DNA of 64,000 nucleotides, from assembly GCF_009914755.1 (NCBI RefSeq), contig NC_060925.1. The stretch is one strand, 5' to 3'. Origin of the DNA: the human T2T-CHM13v2.0 reference genome, Homo sapiens. The notes under the pieces are model-generated. The model saw only the letters and a list, made by a program, of their open reading frames with translations. It was not told the origin of the DNA and searched no databases. Each line of letters starts with the position of its first letter. The first letter of the stretch is position 1. Below, one piece after another: positions 53,660 to 64,000 of this stretch. The translations under genes and the position numbers were made by a program.

Positions 53660-54250
53660 CTATTTAATTTTTTTTACTGTGAAATAAAACAAATGTAGAA
53701 AATTGTACAAAACAAGAGTTTACAGCCCAGTGTTTTATCACAAAGTGAACATCTGTGTAACTACTACACAGAGCAAAAAATACATTCCTCAGCACTCAGA
53801 AAGCCCCTTGCTCTCTGCATGTCCTCTTCTGGTGACTTTACCTTCCTTGCCCCTGGAGGGTAACTACTACCCTGATTTTTATGGTAATCACTTCCATGGC
53901 TTTCTTTATAGTTTAGGCACCTAAGTTGCATCCTAAATCTCATAGGTCAGTTTGCTTGGTCAATAATAAAAAGGTGTTCAACTTTGCCAGTAATCAAGAA
54001 AATACAAATTAAAAGGATGATGTAATAACACCAGACACACAGCAGAATAACAAAACTTAAAATGACTGGTAGTAGTGATGTTAAAAATTAAAAATTGCAA
54101 AAACAGCTGAGAATATATATTTATTTTGGAAAAGTTTGGCATCATCTCAAGTTGAACAACAGAAGTGTGTGCAATGTGCACCCAAGACATGTTTGTGAAT
54201 ATTCCTAGCAATGTAATTGGTAATAATGGGTTGATGGAAAAATCACATTG
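53660..54250. mobile_element. Old L1ME fragments (3' end on minus strand, ORF2-end piece on plus strand)
   Basis: 'acaaagtgaacatctgtgtaactactac...gtaactactaccctgattttt' and 'gtaatcaagaaaatacaaattaaaa...ttttggaaaagtttggca'. Confidence 0.55.
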
Positions 54251-54349
54251 TGTTTTTTGTTTGTCACTGTCTGATTACTATTGATATTGAACCTTCTCAT
54301 GGTTCTTGGTCATCATGGCAGGGATTCTTAGTATGTTTTGAAGTACACC

Positions 54350-55800
54350 TGCAGAGATTCCTATTAGACATCTAAGTGAAGATGTCACGCAGGGAGTTGG
54401 ATATATATGGAGTTTATGGGAGAAGTCAGGGGATGGTGATAGAAATTTGGGACCATCAGCACACAGATGGTATGGAAAGCAATGGAAGAGATAAGATGAC
54501 TTAAGGGATATGAGTGCTGATAGAGAAGAGGGCTGAGGGCTGAGCCTCAAGTGGGAGTGAGAAATCCAGTAAATGAGATTGGAAAGTAACAGACAGTGAG
54601 GTAAGAAGAAAACCAGACACATATGATGTTCTATAGTCCAAGAAAAAATATTCCCCAAAGAGGGAGTTATCAAATGATGATATTAAATAATCAAATGATA
54701 CTGGGAAGTCAAATAAGACAAAAATTAGGAAAAGACTATTAAGTTTGGCAATACAGAGGTCATTAACGACCTTGAAAAAACAGTTTTAGTGAAATGGGGG
54801 GATAGTAACCTGAATGGAAGGAGTTCAGGAAAGAATGAGAATCAAGGAAGTGGATGCAGAGAGCATGGCAAGGTTTTGAATGGTTTTACTGTGAATGGAA
54901 GCCAAGAAATGGATAGTGGAATTAATGCTAAAAGGAGGAAGATGTGGGATCAGGTAACAAGCCAGGAGAGAATGAAGACAATTGCTGTGCCAAAATCCTT
55001 ATGTGGGCAAGAGGGGACAGGATCCATTGCACAGATGGAGGGGCTGGCTTTAGAAAGGAGGACAGACAGTTCAAGCCCTATTATAGGAGGACAGGCAAGG
55101 TGCAGGCACAGCAGCAGAGAGGATGCCAGGTTTGACTGCAGGATAAGAAAGTTCTCTTTGGGGTGTTCCTTCTTTCTTAGTAAAATAAGATATGATGTCC
55201 TTCAGAGACCAATGTGTAGGATGTGTTGAAATTTCAAGTGAAGAAGAGTGAGTGTGTGAGAGACTTGTCTCAGAGGGCAGGAGAATGAACTGGCAAGGAC
55301 ATTATGCCAGAATTCTTGGTTAAGGTTGAGGACATTGTTAAGGTTTGTGGTCGTGATTTTAAAGTGTGATTAATCCAAACAATTGTGGGATTTTTCTCTG
55401 GCCTTCAGAATTGGCTTGGGTGTAGGCATGGAGTAGACAGAAGCTGAATGTAATTAGGATTGCGGTTCTGTTTTCTGAGTACATAAGGGGCAAGGTGAGC
55501 AGATGAGAGCTGAGACTGTATATGAGAGGTGATGTTAGAGATGGACCATGGAATTTAAACTGGGGAAAGAGGGAAGTGAGAACCTGATGGTCAGCAAAAG
55601 GGTGGTAGGTCCAAGATTTGAATATCCTGAGGTTACTGGAATTGTGGTAAAAACAATGATCAAGATGGAAAGCTCAGAGGTTGTAATTAGAGGGACACTT
55701 AAAACCAATATTTTGGAGGAGTGAAGTTATTGACAATGAGAAGAGACAGGGTATGACCAGGAAAATAAGTGGCTGAGGTGGGATATGGGATAAATTCAGC
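54350..55800 (-). mobile_element. Extended L2 relic
   Basis: 'agacatctaagtgaagatgtc...gagttggatatatatggagttta...tttgggaccatcagcacacagatggta', 'gaggtcattaacgaccttga...cagttttagtgaaatgg'. Confidence 0.7.
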
Positions 55801-56163
55801 AAAAAGAACAAAAGTCTGTGAGATCTATGTGATTATTTTGATTATTTAACCACTCCCCATTGTTACAGAAGTGGAGAGGAAGACAGTGAGCAAAGACACA
55901 TTCTTTCATTTAATGAGAGTGATCAACAGATTGGAAGGTAGATTCTTGCAACAATGCAAAGTATCAGATGGTATGGCTGGGTTTACAGGATGGAGTCAGG
56001 AGTGTTAATCTGAAAGAGGCAATGAGGAGAGCTCCCTGCTCCTTTAGGACAAATGTTATCAGAGGAAAAACACAACCTGTGTAGTGACTGGGGGAAACTG
56101 TTCCTTTGGGATCTACTGGAGATTTTCATTGGAGTGAGAAGATGATATATTCAGAGAAATTGA

Positions 56164-56481
<318 letters not shown>

Positions 56482-56670
56482 TCTAGGTATTTTTACTCCT
56501 AACACACCATGACTTCCAGAGGACCCGGAAAAGGGTTGGGAGGGCAGTGAAGGGAAAGGACATGGGGTTAGATTGGCAGATAGAGAAAACTATATGGGGC
56601 TGTGAAGGTGACAGGGATGAAGGCACTGAAGCTGGTCCCTACGTCTTCTAAGGAAGGAATGGGTCACTAG

Positions 56671-56974
56671 TTTTTTTTTTGTTTTTTTTTTTTTGAGACA
56701 GAGTCTTGTGCTGTCGCCCAGGCTGCGGTACGGTGGCTCATTCTCAGCTATTGCAAGCTCCGCCTCCTGGGTTAACGCCATTCTCTTGCCTCAGCCTCCC
56801 AAGTAGCTGGGACTACAGGTGCCCGCCACCACGCCTGGCTAATTTTTTGTATTTTTAGTGGAGACGGGGTTTCACCATGTTGGTCAGGATGGTCTTGATC
56901 TCCTGACCTCGTGATCCACCCACCTCGTCCTCCCAAAGTGGTGGGATTACAGGCGTGAGCCACCGCGCCCAGCC
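56671..56974 (-). mobile_element. Alu (AluY/AluSc8-like)
   Basis: 'gcaagctccgcctcctgggttaacgccattctc', CpG-rich; TSD 'gggtcactagtttt'. Confidence 0.97.
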
Positions 56975-58576
56975 GGGTCACTAGTTTTAAGCAGACCTTG
57001 GACTGGTATCTGCCAGTGAGTAGAGGTTTGAGAGGAGATGCTGAGCAAATGTGACCATGTGTGGCCCACCAGGAGCATGGGGAGCTCTGTGGGACTCTCT
57101 TCCATTCTGCTATGAGTAGGTTCAGGCCAGACAGGGGGCCAATCATGCTAATGTGAGGCAATCTCTTACTGATACAAATGTAGAGAAATAAGATCATTTA
57201 GGTAAAGAAGGCTCTGGGTCAGTATACTTCCTGATTTTTGTTTGCTGATCTCAGAAGAAAATACTGGGATAAGATATTCCACAGAAAGGAATTTGTTTCA
57301 ATCATAAGCAGATGAAAATGCTTTGGTACCCATAGAATATTCTGGTCCTGGATGTTTTTAGCAGTTTATATTTAACCAGCTATAATTCTTCTTAAGCACC
57401 ATTTTTGTTCAGTCTTTTGAAACTGAAGATTAGTCTTTCAATGAAAAATCTGCATTTCATTGTAAAGATGGAACACAATGCCTTCGGCTCACTTACTCTG
57501 TGGAGGAGCAAGCTTATTTTGGTAATGTATCTTTAGCATATTGTAAAAACAGTGATTGTAGCAAATTTATTTCAGGGAAGACAGACTGAGACATGCACAT
57601 GTGTGGCTCAAGGGGCATGAACCATACATATTCCATTTCCCATACTTCAAGTAATGAAAATTTTAGAGGTGATGTCAGTTATCTTTGATTTCAAATTGGG
57701 CGTCTGTGATGAAAGAACCAGTGAGGAAAAAAGTAATTTCAGAATGGGAGATTATTGTAATTAGAGTCGGCAACAGATCTCTGTGCTATGAAAATGTTTG
57801 TTTACGTTCTCCTTCCTTGGGGAAGATATAAAGTCTTAAGAAATTTGACCATTGGTCATTTCTGCCTCACATTCTAAATATTGTGCCTAGTAGAAATTGC
57901 AGGGGAAAAGGCTTATATTCCCTTCATGGTGCTAGCCTCACTCTCAAGCAATTTTCTGGCAAGAGGCATCCATAATAACATCCACCAACATCCACCAAGC
58001 CCTGACCATTTATTTGACTACCATTATGGATTTTGAGTCTATTCTCACATGTGCATTCCTGTTGCCACTGTCCCAATTCAGACCCTCAACATCTTTCAGC
58101 CATGAAATTGCTGTAATTTGTGAAAAGGTAAGTATGATGATTTCAGTCTAAATCAGTTAAGGAAAAGCTGTTTTAAGGGGATGAAGTTTTAGTTAGGTTT
58201 AAAGGCAAGTTAGAATTTTGAAGCGTGTTGTAGGTGGGAAGGATGTTTTAAGTGAAGAAATCATGATGAGAAAGCTTAGGGCCCATTTGGGAGGTAGTAA
58301 GCAGAGTAGTTGACCAGAATTCCCTCAGGAAGGAAATGAGATGGGAAAGTTAGGGCATGTTTTAGTCAAATTCTGATTTCCCAGTGAAGGAGATTGAGCT
58401 GTACTTGGAGAATTGAGAACAATTCACCTCCCTTTATTTTTGGTGAAAGGAAGCTAATTTTCACCTCTCTGGTGTCTTGGATCATCCTGAGGAAGAAACT
58501 GGAGGAGAGGTTATAGAGGATGGTAGTCACAGCAAATATCTCTCCTGGAAGAGAACCTGCAAGCTGTGATGGTGGG

Positions 58577-59134
58577 TGTATTAGTCAGGGTCCTCTAGAG
58601 GAACAGAACGAATAGGATATATGTATATATTAAGAGGCATTTATTAAGGAGAACTGACTTACATGATCACTAGGTAAGTCCCATGATAGGCCGGCTGCAA
58701 GTTGAGGAGCCAAGGAAGCCAGTGGTGGATCAGTGCGAGTCCCAAAACCTCAAGAATAGGGAAGCCAACAGTGCAGCCTTCAGTCTGTGGCCAAAGGCCC
58801 AAGGGTCTCTGGCAAATTACCAATATAAGTCCAAGATTTTGAAAGCTGAAGAACTTGGAGTCTGATGTTCGAGGGCAGGAAGCACCTAGCACAGGAGAAA
58901 GATGAAGGCCAGAAGTCTCAGCAAGTCTGCTCTTCCATCTTCTCCTGCCTGTTTTATTCTAGCCTTGCTGGTAGCTGATTAGATGGTGTCTACCCAGATT
59001 GAGGGTGGCTCTGCTTCTTGTAGTCCGCTGACTCAAATGTTAATCTCTTTGGCAGCACCCTCACAGACACACCCAGGAACAGTACTTCGAATCCTTCAAT
59101 CCAATCAAGTTGACACTCAGTATTGACCATCACA
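58577..59134 (-). mobile_element. MLT2A (HERVL) solo LTR
   Basis: 'tgtattagtcagggtcctctagagg'...'caatccaatcaagttgacactcagtattgaccatcaca'; perfect TSD 'gtggg'. Confidence 0.93.
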
Positions 59135-61987
59135 GTGGGGGAGGGACCACAGCTGCAAAACCTGCCATGGAGATCTACCAGCTCCTGTGGCTCCTGGTCA
59201 CAGCCAGCAGGAAGGCATTTAGAGGTCAACTGAACACTGCCTCTAGATCTGCCATCAGCAGGACTTTGGCATGCTTTTTGTTATATTAAAGTTTTTGTTG
59301 TAATTGAAACAGCTGTAGAAAAATTAGGCCTTGGGACTCAATTGTGCTGCCATAAAAGATCATAATTCTTAAAAACCCAAGTCTAATAGAAACCTTAGTA
59401 GAAGTGCAGGCTCTCACAAAGTTCTAATTTTGCAAATAAATAAGACAGGAAAGCAATCTCTACAAAGACTTTATGCTAATAAAAGAGACGGTTTTGCAAG
59501 GCAAAGATGGCCAGTAACACATTCAAAAAGGCAGAAATTTAAAAATTCATCCTATGTGTATTTTACAGTTTCCAGGATAGAGCCTAGTACCATTCCTGAC
59601 AGAAAGCAGGTGCTCAAGAAATATCTTGTAAATGAATGAATGTGAAATGTTCTGGACTTGGGAAGTGTGCTCATAATATTTACTTGGCTTAAAATTGTTT
59701 TTAAAAAATTGTTATGTACAAAGATTATGTGTTAGAAACAAAGAAGAAAAATATCCCACCATTTTCCCCAACTTTTAGGATTCTTCAGACCAGGATAAAG
59801 ACTAATTTCACTAAAAAATCTATAAAGTGAATAGATTCTGAATACTTGATCTGGCAAAACTCTCACAAACTTGTTGAAGGCCAGAGCAATGAAAATATTA
59901 ATTAGTTATTTAGTGTTTTGAGATCATGGGAGAGTGTGGATTCTATTTGCTAAATAACTTGATATGATTTTAAAATGCAACTATCACAGCAGAGTGGTTT
60001 GCACAGCTCTGTTGTTCTTCCCTGTAACTTGTTATCTTTTGTGTTTCATAGCCTTTTTGCTGTTGGCAATGTCAGTGAGGAATCTATTGCCCACTCTTCC
60101 AGTGGGTCAGAACTAAACCAGGGAGGAATTATGTATATTAGCAGATACAGGAGTTTGGGGTTTAAGGGTATCACTCTAAAGTCGCAATTCACACACAAAG
60201 AATCAGTTTTATGTGGTGTTTGGGGCTGTCAGGTGGGCTGGTTAACCAGCTTCCCCGGGGGTGACTTTTCCTTATTTGGTCATATTTGCATCAAAGATAA
60301 GAGTCAGGCACCATCTGGTGTTCAGGCAGTTTATTCTGGAGCACTCTTATGGTGGCATGGACCAGATATAGTCAGGGGTCAGATGACCCCCTGAAGGGGA
60401 GGTTTTCCTTTGGATACCATTCTCAGAGTTTGGGGGATCCTTCCCCCTTTCTTATACCTGTATTCTCTCTGGGCCAGTTACCAGGTATTTATTTCATAAA
60501 GGGAGTTTAAACTGTTCTTTCAAGGGTAAGCTTTGTTTTAAGGTTCATGAAAGTTGCATCTGTACTGAGGTGGCCTTGTCTCTAGGGCAATCCGTTGTCA
60601 TAGAGACTGGGTAATCTTTGGGCCAGAGTTGGAACTCCCCAGGCCAGGTTACATCATACTGCTAAGTGACACATAGTGTAGGCCCTGTGAGATGTATGAG
60701 TGGGCCCTATGGCGATCATTAATCTTATAGCCATGATATGTCTCTTACAGTATACTACATTTTGGGTGAGGAATCAAATTGTGGATGGCTCAGGCTGAAA
60801 ATACTGTGTTGCTTGTAAGGACTGGGTCTTATAACAACATCCAGCAAAACCAAAGGGCTGTGCAGAAAGGTTTGGTTTGACAGGGGAGTGAACAGAGGCT
60901 CCTTTTAGCAGTCTCAACTTGAACCTGCTAAAGTCTGATTGAAAGAGAAAAGACCAAAGGGCTAAGGTGGGAGAATTTTCTCCCTTCAGTGTTTGGGAGA
61001 GAAAACTATGAATGCCCTCCAGCATATTGAAGAATGGAATTGTTTTTTAAAAACAGAATTTGTGGTTGTTATAAAAAATATTGAAAATACATTGTCATAG
61101 ACAGTGCACTGGGATTCTTCTCCTGGGAGGGAATGCTCCTACTTAGGTGAGGGGTGTACCTGGGATTACAGACTAAAAGTGCAACATAAGAATAAACCTT
61201 TATCTGGTGGTTTCTTTATATCTCCTCCAGTGAATTCTGACTTTCGTTCAGAATGAGAGGATGGATTTTCTTGCCTTACAGCTTCCGGGGAGGCATGCTG
61301 TGGGAGTCTCACTGCTTCGAAATAATTCGTGGATGTTTTGTGAAACCTTTTGACCCGGCTGGGAGCCTGGGGCTTTTGAGCATTCAAGAATAATAGGCAG
61401 CATTGAAAAGGAGTGGATAGAATGTTTTATTAACTGTAGCTATTTTTATTAACTGGAGTCAGGGGAATATCAGAAAGGATCAAAATTTAGGAATTCTTTG
61501 AAAAAGCCTTTATTTTACATGAATTTTATTTTACTTTGCTCTGATGCTTTACTCCATGGTATAACAGATGCCCTAACAAATGAGAGGGCTAAGATGAGGC
61601 TTTGAAGTTTGTATTTATTGTTAAAAGTGAGAGGGATATGAAGAGGGAGAGAGAGAGAGGTGAAGAGGTAATGGTAACTTCTTTGAGAGCTGTTTCTTGC
61701 CTCCAAAATATGTATTATTCACAATAATGTTTAACCAACATCCATCTGTCTTTCTTAGTCATGCCCACTTTATAGATTTTTATATATGCCCCAACTTAAT
61801 AGGTACATTTTGAACACCAACTATGGATAAAGCATGTGCTAAGAAGTGTAAGGATTTAGAAATAAATTTCATATAGTTTTGGCTCATATTCTCTTAGTTG
61901 GGCTTAACTGAAAATTATAAATTTATTATCCTCCCTGCCTTCCATCTCAATACTCCAGGCATAACCTTTATCCTTAGTAGATGAAAC

Positions 61988-62420
61988 TGTTAGGAATTTT
62001 TGGTTATAAGCAATAGAAACTAATGCTGGCTAATTTAGGCAAAAGAGATGTCTGTAGAAAGATAGGGAAGTTGCTTATGAGATTAAAGATCCAGATTTGG
62101 AACAGACAGGAAACATGAAGCCTCAGAGGGTCTTGATAGAAGGAACTAGTCAACTGTCTTGTCAGGGTCAAGAATTTACCAGTAATAAGGAAATTCTAAC
62201 TATTTTACTATTATTCTTATGTTCTAATTCTAGGAAGGAAGTATCTGATTGTCCAAGATGAGTCACATGTCTGCTCATCATCTGTCTGGGGATGATGAGC
62301 CATCTTGATTAATAGACATAGCATACTGTGAGGGGAAAAGTAGCTCATCAAAAGTTGGGATATATTACTAAATTAAGTTGGAAGAGATGCTGGGCAATCA
62401 GAAAATCAATAAATATACTT
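61988..62420 (-). mobile_element. Old MLT1 (K/L-like) LTR
   Basis: 'tgttaggaattttttggttataagcaatagaaactaatgctggctaatttaggcaaaaga', 'atctgattgtccaagatgagtcacatg', 'gatgctgggca'. Confidence 0.55.
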
Positions 62421-63746
62421 TACAGATAGGCCAGACAATCTCTCCCCTAACTCCTACCTGTGTTAGGTTATGATCTGGGTCACAGAAGGTATAGGACATT
62501 GGAAAAAATGTTAAATCAGGGGGTGAGGGAGCTGAACCCACCTCTTCTTCCCCTCCCTCATTTGAGGGGCCCATCTACACCCAGAGGCAGAAGCAATATC
62601 TCCAGACGTTGGAAAAAGGGACTCCTGGGCCTAGGACCACATGGTCCCTGACACTGAAAAGTTCATTGCGGTTTGAGGCACCTGTGTGGAGTGGGCTGTA
62701 CATTGGAGAGGCAATAAGCCAAGTATGCTGGGGCTGACTACACATCAAAGGGATTCCTGCTATTCTGAAGTCAGTCAGGTGCACTTGGAACTGTCCGTGG
62801 TGCTGACTGGCACCCCCATAAGCCTGTCCTGCAGAATGTCTGGTCTCACTACTCAGGACCCAGACAAGATTGTCTTTGTGGTGACAGCTACTCAAATGGC
62901 CCATACCCAGATATGGTCCTTGAGGTGACTTTCACTTGTGCCTATATCACTTGGGTGAGTATACCAGACCCTCCCCCACCACAATGGGCCTGACCACCAT
63001 ATAGAGATCAAGACTGAGCCAGAAAGAAAATTATAGATGTTTACATTGTCTCAGTATTAAAAAAACCTACTGATGTTTTGATTCTAGGATTAAAAACCCA
63101 AGTTTTCCAGAATCAGAGCTAACGCCTGCTTGATTTCTCTGTGACTGAATCTGGGCTGTTTTGGGACTGAACAGAAGCTCTCAAAAGGATATAATCTACT
63201 TGATTGGATCAATTAGTTGAATTATTGCACATACATTTAGTGTACATTTGTAATGGATAAGCCCTTAGAAGAGTGCTGCATGGATACAGACTGAGTTAAG
63301 GATTGTAGAAAACAGGGAGTAAGGATGGACAGTCAAGCTGTGCTCAGCTTCTACTGTTGCAAGAAAAAAACATGGGCACAAAATAAGTAAGAAAACATAT
63401 ATGTGTGATGTGTAGAGATTAAATGTCAAACCATGTCATGCTGGGATGAGCTATGACCCAGAGGAAAATTGTGTAAGCAGTATGAAAATCAGGACTCACC
63501 TATGGGTATGTGATATTTCTTTATATCAGAAGGGGTCTGGCTAGAGATAGGATGGATGGGCTATTTGTGAGACAGAATGGCAAGAACAACAGTGTTTATA
63601 AAAATATTTTTGACTGAAACAGTAAGAGATACATATCACTTTGGGGTGCATATGCCCCTCTACACCTCCCCTCCACATTTCTGGAACAAAAGTTTTGTGA
63701 AGTAATGCTTATGTTTTTTAAGTCTTACTTTAAAAAGTGACTTATG

Positions 63747-64000
63747 GGCCAGGTGTGGTGGCTCATGCCTGTAATCCCAGCACTTTGGGAGGCTGAGGTG
63801 GGCAGGTCACCTCAAGTCAGGAGTTCAAGACCAGCCTGGCCAACATGGTGAAACCCCATCTCTACTAAAAATACAAAAATTAGCTGGGTGTGGTAGCGCA
63901 TGCCTATAATCCTAGCTACTCAGGAGGCTGAGGCAGGAGAATCACTTGAACCTGGAGGGCGGAGGTTGCAGTGAGCTGAGATTGCATTACTGCATTCCAG
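63747..64000 (+). mobile_element. Alu (AluSx/Sz-like), runs off the window end
   Basis: 'ggccaggtgtggtggctcatgcctgtaatcccagcactttgggaggctgagg...'. Confidence 0.97.

Noticed and set aside
59975-60394. 139-aa ORF outside obvious repeats
   Set aside because: No recognisable domain and no convincing splice context; the length is compatible with chance.
62600-63000. GC-richer block as a processed pseudogene or exon
   Set aside because: No recognisable protein, polyA or TSD. It may be an old LTR, but I cannot assign it without a search.

Overview
This is primate (human-like) non-coding genomic DNA, AT-rich and packed with interspersed repeats: about 10 Alus, L1 fragments of several ages, MaLR/ERVL LTRs (THE1, MST, MLT1, MLT2), L2/MIR relics and DNA-transposon fossils (MER5, Tigger/MER44, Arthur1). 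I found no credible protein-coding exon, tRNA, rRNA or CRISPR array. The ORF track consists of repeat-derived or chance ORFs. Repeat subfamily names come from my recall of consensus motifs, and boundaries are approximate unless a target-site duplication (TSD) is quoted. The most notable structures are: (1) an exact 100-bp direct duplication at 29741-29840 and 31344-31443 in otherwise unique sequence; (2) a perfect 32-bp-arm hairpin at 28746-28823, about 0.9 kb upstream of it; (3) a 5'-inverted (twin-primed) L1PB with a candidate short 3' transduction at 4767-5650; (4) an MLT1A provirus with an inverted internal segment inside a deep transposon nest at 10.7-12.7 kb; and (5) a CpG-retaining promoter/enhancer-like region at about 49.8-50.7 kb with a perfect splice donor, a full CRE and an E-box. 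I cannot support a novel multi-gene system from this sequence.
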